Positions 36,592 to 48,235 of a stretch of DNA of 64,000 nucleotides are shown piece by piece. Source of the stretch: Isurus oxyrinchus. Taxonomy: Eukaryota. Position numbers and translations under genes: made by a program. The stretch is taken from contig JANJGN010000004.1 in the NCBI GenBank assembly GCA_026770705.1, positions 195,796,001 through 195,860,000 of the forward strand, given 5' to 3'. Position 1 is the first letter of the stretch, and every line of letters begins with the position of its first letter. Below the pieces are notes generated by a model. That model saw only the letters and a program-made list of their open reading frames with translations. It did no database searches and was not told the origin of the DNA.

Positions 36592-39500
36592 TGTAATGAT
36601 TGTAAGTTAAACCATTTTACTGTTATGGGGATCATTGGCCGATAGTCACATTTTCTCCAATTGCAGGCAATCTGGGAGGCAGAGCTTCTTATCCTTGGGT
36701 CTGGTAAGCAGCATGTACCCTCCTCTGAAGTTCATAAAATTCAGTTTCTTACAAGAAACCCTGTCCTGTACGAAATTTACTACAACTGGCAATGAGGATA
36801 AAAAGCACTGATGCAGCAGCTCACCTTGTCACCGAGTAATCCGATGTTTTACGAAAATAGCATACTCACTGGCAATAATATAAAAGCAAAAAACTGCAGA
36901 TGTTGGAAATCAAAAAAAAAAACAAAATACCTGGAAAAACTCAGGTCTGGCAGCATCTGTGGAAGGGAGCACAGTTAAAGTTTTGAGTCCATATGACTCA
37001 AGTCGTTCGGACTCGAAACGTTAACTGTGCTCCCTTCCACAGATGCTGCCAGACCTGAGTTTTTCCAGGTACTTTTGTTTTTGTACTCACCAGCAATGCC
37101 TCACTTTGGTAGAAGAACTGACCCATACAACTCATCCAATTGAGAACTGGAGTCAATACATTGAGTGATTAGGTTTCTACTTCATAGCTAACAATGACAG
37201 CAGAGAGAAACAAGGCAATTCCAAGTGTCTGTGGGAGCAAAACCAATGATGTAAGCTGTCAAGCTACAGATCCAACTGTGCCAAATTCCAGATCCTTCAC
37301 TGAGCTAGTTGACCTTGTGAAAGGACATTCAGCCTAAACCCTCTGATCCATGCAAAGATTCAAGTTTAATTCTAAGGCCCCCAGTGAATTGATTGCAACA
37401 TAACATTGTAAAGTTACTGTTAATGGAGCATGGATTTTGGATAATCTCAAAAAGTTGTTTAAATGTTTTGTTTGCAGTATAAACAATGAAGCCATTCAGC
37501 ACCATTTGCTTGCAGAAGTTGATTGACTTAGAGCATCTTGGAGATAGCATTAGCAATGGAGTGCACTGAAGGGGGACCTCAGGCTCTGCAGAGCATGCAG
37601 CATGATGCCATTCTGCAGCTAGGATGGGAACCTGCTGCCAGGTGAAGGTCAGGGAGGCTACAGTGAAACAGGACCTATTGCCAGAAGCTGTTCACCAGTA
37701 ACCCAGAAGTCAGGTGATACAGTTGAAGGGGAAATCATGCACCTGAAGTCTGCAGACCACCACTAATCGCTACAAAAAAATTGTAATAGTGCAGAACTTG
37801 TCCAAGGCAGCCATTCAGACAGCAAGTTAAATGAAATGCACAATATAGAAGAGCCAGAAGTTACTGAGACTGATGTTTATTCCCTACACAATCTGAAGGC
37901 CAAGAAAACTGAGCCAAATCACTTACTCTTCAAATAAAGTGGAAAACCTCTGCTCATGGGAGGTGGACACAGGAGCATGGACCAGTGGTGGCAGAACATC
38001 TAAATACTTCAGAAGGTACCCAGCCAGAGTTTGGAGAAAACTCAGTTAAAACTATATTCACCTGTATGGTTTGTGTGTAAGGCATCACCTCTACCTGTAT
38101 CAGAGACAGCTCAGCTGCCAATAATTGTTGTAACAAAGACCTAGCCTTCTGGGTGGTGGTTGGTTGAAGAAATCAAACTAAATTGGTCAAATTTCAGGCC
38201 AGGACACAATCCTGGAGTTGACAAGGGAATATGATGGCATCCTTTGGAATGGGATAGAAACACAAGAACCAAAAAAGGACCTTCACAGGAAGCAAGGATC
38301 CCTCAGGTCAGAATTAGTTCCACAGGGAACAAAAGAGAGGTGAGACTAAATGAATGCAGGGCCACTGAACCAACTGAAGAGACAGTTGGAAGAGGAAAAA
38401 TAACAATGTGCAATATTCCAAGAGGAAGCCAAAAAAGGTCAGAAGAATTGAAGAGTCAGTTGATTGAAATGAGAGGTATTAGAAGGAAGTCATGGAGCTT
38501 TCCAAGATGCAAATGGGTAACAACCCCTGATTTGAACTAAGACAAGACTAGAGAAATTTGGCTGACTGAAAATCAAAACGAAAGGAGGCAAAACCCTGTG
38601 GCAAACAAGAAAAACAGAAGTCAAATCTGAGACTAATTGGATACATATCCTGAACACCACAGCCAAGAAAGGATAGCAAAAAGCTCATTTGGGGTGAAGA
38701 AGTTCCATCAATATTTACAGTTGACACAGATCAATCCACTTTTGGGTTTGTTTAGTGAAGGTAAGGCAATCCCACCAATTGAATTCTAGCAGAAACCAAG
38801 ATGGGCTTTAATTTTGTAGGCATGAGTGCAGTTTTATGCATTGTCTGGGTATGCATATAGCAAATGCAGACACCCTCAGTTGTTTCCCTTTGCCCAAAGG
38901 AGTTACACATGTTCCAGTACCTCAAAAAAAGAGGTAGTACAAGTATTAAATTTCCTGGACACCTCATGAGTCTGCATGAGACAGAAGGAATTGGATGAAT
39001 TACGATCCAATTTTAGGCAGAATCTGAACAAGTGTCACAAGGATGGTCAATACACCAACTCCTGAATTGAAACCATTCTTTGTACAAAGATCTGAACCAA
39101 GTTGTCAAGATGGTATCTTATTTATGGGGAGCAAGAGTTATCCCTGTCCCAGGAAGAGAACATAAGTTCATAGTGCATATCCTGGTATTTCAAAGGTATA
39201 GATGGTGATATAGAAAAAAAATGGTGAAATTGTCTCCAGTGCCAGCAACAGCATAAGATCTGCATCTGTGGGGCTGTCCTGATTGACCCTGGGTTAGACT
39301 ACATATAGACTATGTTGACCCATTTCTAGGTACCATGTTTCTGGTGATCAGCAACAGATTCCAAATGGATGGTTTGCAGCAAGATCACCCACTTTGTCTA
39401 CAGCCATTAAAAACTGCCAGAATGTGTTCATGGTTACTGAAGTTAGTGTCAGATAATGTTGTGGTTTTCACTAACACTGAATTCCAAATATTTGTGAACC

Positions 39501-40439
39501 CAAAATGGGGTTAAGAGTGTCAGAATAGCATTATACCATCCCTCTACTGGCTTGGTGAAAGGAGCAGTGCAAGCCTTAAAAAAGAGGGACATAAAGAAAC
39601 ATTAGAATTGCAACTCAACCACTGGTTTAACCCCTTCAGAATTATTGATAGATGCACTGACTTCATATGAGAGTCAAGTATTCCCTAACTTAGAGGAAAG
39701 TGAAGAAACCATAGGAGGCAGAAAGCATGTTCACAGTAAAAGGTAGAGTTTACTGCAGGAGGCATTCCAGCTGCAAAATTTTGTACAAAAACTGATGGGT
39801 TCCTGGTACAATCATCTGAAACAGTACCAACATATCAAGTGAAAAACAGGGTTGTTAGGAAACATGTGGATCGTCTCAAGTTGAGAAACCCTCCAACAAC
39901 CAGTTAATCCACCTGAAATCAAAGTTGAAACTTTGACCCAAGGTGTCAGATTGACAGTGTCTATTATTTACTGAAGTTAATTCTGGACTGCCATTGCCTA
40001 GGGAGCATGGCAGAGCAGACTCGATGGGCCGAATGGCCTAATTTCTGCTCCTATGTCTTATGGGATGTCCCTGAAGCTGCAGTTCCTGTGCAAGTCAGTC
40101 CAATGTTGTAGAGCTGTGTTGCTCCACCTGAATCCAGGAACATCCTCAAAGACTGAAGTTTTAATAGCATGAACTGTATATAATAATATGGGTTCAGGTG
40201 TTTTGCAAGAGGGTAAAGCTAAAGTAAAAAGGAATGTAAAAAAAGGGAATGTAAGGATTGTAAGCTAAACCATTTTAGTTATGGGGATCATGACTGTGTA
40301 GACCAATTTGCCCCAAGCATGGGGAATCTTGAGCGGTGAAGCTTTTAAGCCTTGGTTTTGGAACAAGCATATAGCCAAGTCTGTTAATAAAGTTCACTTT
40401 CTTACAAGAAACTCTGTCCTGCTCTCCAAGTTTACTACA
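36592..40439 (+). mobile_element. Gypsy/Ty3 (Mag-like) LTR retrotransposon, degenerate, RT region apparently deleted
   Basis: LTRs TG...CA at 36592-36784 and 40250-40439. PBS-like TGGCAATGAGGAT at 36787 and PPT aaaaaaagggaa before the 3' LTR. Gag remnant (WSQYIE...FIAN...VCGAK), protease EVDTGA at ~37960 and integrase PWVRLHIDY / VSDN / YHPS at ~39290-39570. Confidence 0.88.
36877..37083. mobile_element. Fold-back (palindromic) Penelope pLTR-derived mini-element
   Basis: ~75-bp near-perfect inverted arms around ~36998. 14-bp TSD at 36863-36876 and 37084-37097. Confidence 0.85.
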
Positions 40440-42221
40440 CAACTTCCCAGAAATACTAGCAAACCAAGGGTTTAGTGAGAAGGATGAATTTTAGTGTTAA
40501 TAAAACAAATTTCTCCTGTGCTATTAATGGGACTGAAAGCAGATAAATCCCCAGGGCCTGAACCTATATTGCAGGGCACTAGAGGTGGCCATGGAGATAG
40601 TGGATGGGTTGGTTACCATCATCTTCCAGAATTCTGTAGACTTGAACAGTCCTGGAAGATTGGAGGATGGCAAATATTAAAGAAATATTTTAAAGAAGGA
40701 GGGAGAAAACATTTACAGACTAATTAGCTGAACATTAGAAGGGAAAAGTCTATTATAATGGAAGTGATAACTGGGCACTTAGAAAATAAACAGAATTAGA
40801 CAAAGTCAAATGGATTTAAGGAAAATGTTCAATAAATCTACTGGAGTTAAGATATAACTATCAGAATAGATGGGGCATATTTGGATTTTCAGAAAGTTCT
40901 TGAAAATCCCACATGAGGTTAGTGTGCAAAACTAATAAGGCACATAGGACTGGAGTAATATATTGACATGGATTAAGAATTGTTTAACAGACTGGAAACA
41001 GTAGGAATAATGGGTCATTTTCAGTGGCAGGCGGTGACTAGTGGGGTACTTCAGAGATCAGTGCTTGGGCCCCAGCTTCTCTAAGTATCAATGATTTGGA
41101 TGAGGGAGCCAAATGTAATATTTCCAAGTTGGATGACATGAAATCAGTGGGAATAAGTGATGGAGGATGTTAGAGGCTTAAAAAGATGATTTAGACAAGG
41201 TGATTGAGCCAAGTTGAATGAGAAAATACATGGCAGATCTGCAAAGTGTGAAGTTATCCTGTTCAGTAGGAAAAACAGAATGGCAGAGTATTATTTAAAT
41301 GGTGATAGATTGGGAAATGTTGATATATGGGAAATGTTGATATACAAGAGTGACCTGGGTGTCCTTGTACACCAATCACTGAAAGCAAACATGCAGGTAC
41401 AGCAAGCAGTTGGAAAATGGTATGTTGGCCTTTATTGATAGGGGACTGGAGTATAGAAGGAAGGGTGTCTTACTGCAGCTGTACAGGGCTTGGGTGAGAC
41501 CACACCTGGAGTATTGTGTGCAGTTTTAGTCTCCTTACTTAAGGATATACTTGCCAGAGAAGGAATGCAGTAAGGTTCACCAGACTGATTCACCAGCAGG
41601 ATAGTCATGAGGAGAGATTGGGCTGAGGTCTGTATTCATTGGCATTTAAAAGAATGAGGGAGTGGTGGGTGGGGGGGGGGGAATCTCATTGAAAAACTCT
41701 GACAGGGCTGGACAGACTGGATGTAGGGATGATGCTTGCTGGTTGCTCTGGCTAGGAGCGTCTGGAACAAAGGGTCAGTCTCAGGATAGACCATTTAGGA
41801 CAGATGAGAAACCTCTCAAGGGCAGTGAACCTGTGGAATTCTCTACCACAGAAGGCTGTGGAGGCCAAGTCACTGAATATATTTAGGAAGGAAATAGATT
41901 TCTTAAAAGGCATTATGGGAAGAGAGGGGGGGGGGAACGGTGCTGAGATAGAGGATCAGCCATGATCTTATTGAATGGCAGAGGAGGTGCAAAGGGCTGA
42001 ATGACCCACGCACTATTTTCTATCCATCAATAAGAGTTTCTCATTTACTGTCCAAACACCTCATGGTTTTGAATATCTTCAAATCCCCCTGAAGAGTCCC
42101 AACTTTTATCTATCCACAACTGATTCCAGGCATGAAAACTTCATTCTCATGAAACTTTTCTGCATGCTCTAATGTCTTCACATCCTTCCTAAAGTGTGGT
42201 TCCCAGAACTGAATGCTGAAT

Positions 42222-42475
42222 ACAGCATAGTGATGACACTTGTGATCCAGAGATCCAGGCTCATGTTCTGGAGACACTGGTTCAAATCTTACCATGATAG
42301 CTGGTGGAATTTGAATTCAGTAATCAAACTGGAATTGAAAGCTAGTCTCAGCAACGGTGACCATGCGGTCATCGTTGCAAAAAAACAAGTTCATCATGTT
42401 GTTTAGGGAGGGCAAACTGCTAATTTAATTAGCAAGCTACAAGCCTTGCTAGTAATGTTCAAATCCCATAAGATG
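42222..42475 (+). mobile_element. tRNA-derived SINE inserted in a CR1 remnant
   Basis: A-box-like gcatagtgatg and B-box GGTTCAAATC. Related copies at ~62640-62760 (+), ~30200-30300 (-) and ~63620-63740 (-). Confidence 0.7.
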
Positions 42476-42949
42476 TAAGAGACCTCCAGTTGAGGCCAAA
42501 CTGGTTCTGTAAAGGTCAGCCTCCTTGCTTTTTTAAAAAGAAAGCTGTTCCATGTCCGTTCCCACATCCCTTTGTAAAGTGTATATGACCATAAAAGCTA
42601 CAGATATGCAGTGAAGCAGGTAGTTAACACTGGAGCAGAGACCTGGGAAGGATAGCTTCCAACTTGAGGATTCTAAAAATCTTCAGCACAGGAGGTAACA
42701 ACTCAGTCCATTGCTATCCCAATTAGTCCCAGAAACATTAGTTGAAGGCAAAACTAACCTGGGATCAAGGCTCCACAACAGTGCCAGAGGGGATTGCAGG
42801 TGCTGTTAGTATTATTAGACCAACACTCACTGATTCAACTTAGAAACAAGGCTGTTGGCTGAAGTGATAAATCAGTGGTCTGGAGTCAAATATTAAAAAG
42901 GTGATTTAGAATGACTCATTTACTGTGCTATTGATTGAGGATGTACAGG

Positions 42950-43830
42950 TCACTGGCTGTGCCAGTATTGTTATTCCCCATCCAATTTCCCTCAAGGTAG
43001 TGAGCCACCCAGTGCTGTTCAGGAGGGAGTTCCAGGATACTGACTCATCAATGGTGATAAACTTCAAAGTTGGGATCGTGAGTGGCTTGGAGGGGAACTT
43101 CAGGTGCAAGTTTCTGCTGCTCTTGACCTTCTAGATGGTAGTCATGGGTTGGGAAGGTGCTGTTAAAAGGAACCTTTGAGTTCCTGCAGGGGCTCTTGTA
43201 GATGGTACATACTCCAACTGTGTGGCAGTGGTGGAGGGAGTGAATGCTTGTGGAAGGGGTGCCAAGCAGGCTGCTTTGTTCTGGATGCTGTTGAGGTCAT
43301 GTTGTTGGAGCTGCACTCATCCAGGCAAGTGGATGATATTCCATCACTCCTGACTTGTGCCTTGTAGATGGTGGACAGGCTTTGGGGAAATCAGGAATTA
43401 CTCATTGCAGGATCCCTAGTCAGAGCTGCTCTTGTACAGAGTATTTATGGCTGGTCCAGTTTAGTTTCTGGTTAATGGTAACCCCCAGGATGTGGGGATT
43501 CATTTGGGGAGATTGTTGTATTCTTATCAGCCCTAGCCTGAATGTTGTCTAGGTCTTGCTACATATGGACACAGCATCTGAAGAGTTTGCAGATGGTGAT
43601 CAGCAAACATCCCCACTTCTGACCTTAAATTATGGACAGAAGGTCATTGTTGTAATGAGGTCAGGAACTGAGTGACACTGGAAGAGCCTAAACTGAGTGC
43701 CAGTTTGCAAGTTATTGCGGAGCAAGTGCCACTCGATAGCAATGTCGACAACACCTTCCATCACTTCACTGATGACAAAGTGGATTGATGGGGTGGAGTG
43801 GTAATTACCAGGCTGGATTTGTCCTGCCCT
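42950..43830 (-). mobile_element. LINE 3' portion (family of 57340-58020)
   Basis: ORF 43131-43316 reads LNSIQNKAACL; matches 25960-27140. Confidence 0.75.
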
Positions 43831-43879
43831 TCAGATTAAATGGATTGCTACCTTTTGCTTGGCAAGTACTGCAGGTGGA

Positions 43880-44590
43880 AAAATTTAGTATTAGGGGTCA
43901 AGTTGAGACTTGTTTATAATTTAGGTAGGGGAAGACACCAGCATCCTTTTATACAGGATGTGCAAGGGAAAACACCCATGAGTCCAAGTATAAACACATT
44001 TAATGTCAAGTGAGGAGAATGTGCTGCTACTGGAATGGTTGAAACATCTAAAAGGCTGCAAAAGATGAGTGCAAAACCTAAACTGCTATAGAGCCGCCAG
44101 GCTAGCAGAATGGTCAGATGATGCATTTGGGTATAAGGGATAGGGAGGGGCAATAGACTTAGATGGCCCAATTTTAAGTGTGTAGGAACAGAGTTCGCCA
44201 GATCTTTGAAGGCAGCATAGCTAGGGTTGTTCTGTTCTGGTCAACACTTTAGGATAAGAGGATCTTCGAGAGGCTACAGAGGAGACTCCACCAGGAAGGT
44301 TCAGGGATTGGGGTGGATTCTAACTACAAAAGGTTGTAGAAGCTGGGGTTGTTCTTTGGTGTACAAGATAACAAACTGAGATAAGCCAGACAAGGAAGTC
44401 TCCCATTGGCTGATGGGCCAAGGGCTAGGGGACAGATGCAGGGGAAAATTAAAAGAAAATCACATTAAGTGGTAGTGATCTACACATGGGCAATTGCATT
44501 AGATAAAAAACTTAAGGGCAGGGAAATGAGAAAAAAAAAAATGAAATTCTCCATGGACTCAATGGGCCAAATAGCTTCTTGTGCTATGAT
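43880..44590 (+). mobile_element. Highly degenerate CR1 RT/3' fragment
   Basis: Remnants of FWS..F.RIR and a CR1-type 3' UTR ending ctatgat. Confidence 0.5.
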
Positions 44591-44654
44591 TGACTATTTA
44601 GCCCAAATGGCTTGTGCTATCAATTTCAGTGGAAAGGCCTAGCCCATTTCTTAC

Positions 44655-44745
44655 CTCGCTTTTTGTCCTTCTTCGATGCCTTTGTAGGTGAAGTCTCCGA
44701 ATGGCTAGGACTGTTGATCTCAACAGGTTCTGACATGGTTGCCAT
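44655..44745 (-). CDS. DAB2: DAB2 first coding exon (MATMSEPVEINSPSHSETSPTKASKKDKKRG); the exon starts at 44832
   Basis: aagATGg Kozak context. 91 coding nt then GTAAG, phase 1. SKKDKKR matches human SKKEKKK. Acceptor tcccacAG at 44834-44833. Confidence 0.92.
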
Positions 44746-45129
44746 CTTGACTCAAATCCCAAAGTCACTGAGTTCCTTCACCCTCAATGTGGTCTACAGT
44801 TGGTAGAGTCAATCAAGACATGTCAATCCACCCTGTGGGAAGATGATCAAGTTATACAGCCAGGAATCAAACTACTTGAAATTAGCTAGGATTTAACCCA
44901 AGTTAGGAAATTATGGTTTCAAACCTAGAAAATTAGGCCAACCATCCAGCACTTTGCTGAAGAAGGAGTGCTGCATTGTTAGACATGCCATCTTCTCAAA
45001 GCAAGGCCTTGCCCATCTATTCAGGTAAATAAGATAATGGATGTTCTGTAGCCCAGCTAACATTATCCAAAATGTCTAGTCACCTCAAGTTGGTTGAACA
45101 ACAAGTGCTACATAAATATTTGATCAAGA

Positions 45130-45500
45130 TGCTTCACAGGAACAATAAAACAAATGAGGAGTGGACCATTCAGCCCTTTAAGTCTGCTGTGCCATCTGGC
45201 TGATCTGATCATGACCTCAACTCCTTCTCTTCCACTCCCAATGCCTTTCAAATTCCTTGTCTTATCAAAGATTCCTCTGCCTTCAACAACCCTGCTTCTA
45301 CCACTGGGTAGTAGGAGTTCTCCCAGACTCATGACCCTGATGGGAGACCCCTTATTCTTGAACTAGAGTTCCTTCTGGTTTCCACTACAAGAGCGGACAT
45401 CCTTTCAGCATCCACTGTCAAGGCCCCCTCAGGATCTTGTGTCTCAACAAGATCACCTAATTCTAAACTTCTGGATAGAGGCCCAACCTTTCCTCAAGAT
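45130..45500 (-). mobile_element. Degenerate CR1 3' end
   Basis: gaccattcagccc...ggctgatctgatc...cctcaactcc matches the CR1 3' UTR pattern. Confidence 0.6.
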
Positions 45501-46408
45501 ACTAATTCCTTGGATGAGGGGGCAGATAATCAAAAGTTAGGTTTAACTGACTTGGAGTCAAGTGAGGCAAGGGTCAGAGACGTTGGGAGAAATTCCAGGA
45601 CTTGGAGCCAATGCATCTGAAGGCACCAATGATTGGGAATGCACAAGAAGCCAGAATTAGCTTGCTGTATCAGAGGATTGTACAACCGGAAGAGATTAGA
45701 GCTAGAGGGATTTAAAAATGAGGGTGTTTTTAAAAATCACCACATTGCCCAAATCAGGAGTCAGGTGAACTGTGATGATGGGGAATGGGACTTGAGACAG
45801 ACAAAAAAAAAGTGTGCAAGGTGATGAGCATTTTTATACAAAGAAATGTAAGACCCTGGCTAATTGCAATTTAAATTCAGACAACTATCAGGCCATATTA
45901 AGCACCAGTTGGAAAAAGTGAAACATTTTTCAATTTCATCAACATGTTAATTGGCTTTGTGCCCTGAGATTTCTAGTTAGGTGCATGAATGCATCTGGCA
46001 GAGGTCCTTCTGTTCCATGTCAAAGTGCCTAGCAATAGCAGTATTTAAAAGGGCACTGCGTTCAGACTTGTTTACAGACAAGCGACGAGGGAGGTCATGA
46101 ATCAAAGTCCAACACTGGTGCTTGGAGAAACATTTTTGCTGCCTCCTTATGGGTTGGGGGTGGGGGGGGGAAAATAAAGAGAGAAACTGAAAAGCAGTAG
46201 ACTTGCTTGTAGAAGCAGCTTCAAAAACACTTGTCAGTGCATCACTGGCAGGGTTAACAAGCCTGCTCTCCTACACGTGCACAAGCTAGTGTTTCAAAGA
46301 ATTCCTACACAAATTAATGTGTTTACCAAGCCACTAGTCAAGTGCACCAGTGGGTATTGGAAACAGCTTTCAAAACTTCTGCCATTTAAAATCATGGCTG
46401 ACCCATAC

Positions 46409-46572
46409 CTGAACTCCAATAGCCAACTCCTTGCCTAGCCAAAAAGAGATCACCACAAGGGTAGAAAGTTAAAACTGCAGCTACTGGCTTGCAAGGCACA
46501 GCAGCCTATTTATAGGCAAAATTGCCAGAAGGTTTATATTAGGACAAGGGACATTTATCACAAGTGTGATAA
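46409..46572 (-). promoter_or_regulatory. DAB2: Candidate DAB2 core promoter and non-coding first exon
   Basis: TATAAATA at 46514-46507, Inr-like GCCAGT (A at 46485) and donor CAG|GTATGG at 46408. Palindromic GATA pair at 46555-46572. Confidence 0.5.
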
Positions 46573-48035
46573 TGTGGACCTCCCTACCAGACAGGGAGGT
46601 AGGCCTGCTTCATCAGTAGTGATTGAGGCATTACACATTTAATTAACTTTCCATTTCCAGCAGATGTAACCAAAAACTTAGGCTGGTAGATTGATGAGTC
46701 ACCAGAAAGACATTTCACAGGAAATGGAGCAAAAGCCTCCCTTACTGAATTACTACCTTCCTCCCAATCCCACCTAGAAGTCAAGTTCTGCTGCCATTGC
46801 CGGAGCTCATCGTAATGATATACAATCCACAAATGAGCCCTAATCTCTAGCTTTTCCTTCCAACCCAGTGCCCATCTTCCATGGCTAGAGATTTGTGCCA
46901 ACTGACCAGCCATTAGTTGTAGCCCATCCAGACATTTGGAACAAGTTAACATCCTGTTGTTCCCAAGCTCTTGGCATGGAATAGTACAGAACTGAGGAAA
47001 GTGTCCCACAGCTTCACAAGTTGGCAAAACACCCACATTTTGTTTAAACTTCCAAGTTGGTTTGCAAAGCAATCTTGCTGTTCATGTCAATAGCTGATAT
47101 AGGAATTAATTTTTAAAAAAGTCCATGGCTTGAGTCCTTGTTTGAATATTTCAACAAAAACTTCACTGGGTCAAGATCCTTGACACCACTTGGGCTGCAG
47201 CAGTTTCAAGATGATGGCTCACAGTTACCTTCAAGAGCAATTAGGCCTTGCCAATAATAATTGATCCAAAGAGTGAAAAGTTTTGCAATTTACAGGTTAA
47301 ACTACAACTTTGATCAGGGAATTTTGTTTTCTGAACCAAAGTGTCTCAGGAGCTCCTAACTATAGTCCAGCTCAGGTTAGTCTGAGAAAAATGCAAGCCC
47401 CAACTCAATCAGAACAATGAGCCAAGACACAAACTCAATATTGGCACCGAACTGTTCAGTCCTCCCAGACTATAAATCTGGAGGATTCCGCTAAGGTCAT
47501 GACCAGCAATCCCTCCACAGGGAGGTAGCCTGGCCACTGGGGTCTGAGGCACTAAAGGGCTGATGGGTAAAGAAATAAAACCACATTTTAAAAAAGTCAC
47601 TCAAAACATACCCTCACCTGAATTTGCCCTAGAGCCCTTACTGGTAGTGTTCCTGCTTCTGCTATCCAGCAATGTGTTACAGACTAGGACAACAGGCAGA
47701 GGTGGTGGTTCGGGCTGTGTTCAAAGGTTAAACCATTGAATAGCTTCAAAAGATTAGCTCCTAAAGTGAAAAACATTAACTCAGGGCATCTATTAGTCAA
47801 GAGTAGAGATTATAAGATTCTGCATGAAAAATGTGCACAGACAGCACCAGGAGATAAGACAGCCAGGTTTTACTAGACATGGGTGGGAAGTGTTGAAAGG
47901 CAACATGAGGCTGGGGAAGAAAAATTGAGATAATTGGTTGCATCCATAAGAAAGTGTATAGCTATCTCCTGTCACTTTGTCCCCTGGTTTGTAGGCAATA
48001 AACAGGAGTGGAGAGAAAAAATATGGACATAATCC

Positions 48036-48235
48036 CAGCCTCAGTTACATTCCCTTTAAACAAATGGAAGTGAGCGATGGGAGATGAAACAGGATGTCAC
48101 TAGCATTCTGAAGTCATGTTAACTGCTTTCTCTTCAGCCTCAGTTACATCCCCTTTAAAACAAATGGAAGTGAGTGATGGGAGATGAAACAGGATGTCAC
48201 TGGCATTCTGAAGTCACGTTAACTGCTTTCTCTTC
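48036..48235. repeat. Tandem duplication, 2 x ~99 bp
   Basis: cagcctcagttacat...gttaactgctttctctt occurs twice with about 5 differences. Confidence 0.95.

Larger units (their letters stand above)
36305..42025 (+). mobile_element. Degenerate CR1 ORF2, split by a Gypsy insertion (36592-40439)
   Basis: QPWLTK at 36325. After 40440: GLKADKSPGP, DFQK, SGVLQRSVLGP, KCEV, DLGVLV and RPHLEYCVQF remnants, then a 3' UTR. Confidence 0.8.

Noticed and set aside
17421-44745. Possibility that the gene is DAB1
   Set aside because: The PTB residues ([27 protein letters not shown]), the central DPF/NPF exon and the DPFGNPF C-terminus are DAB2-type. DAB1 tyrosine motifs (YQxI, YQVP) are absent.
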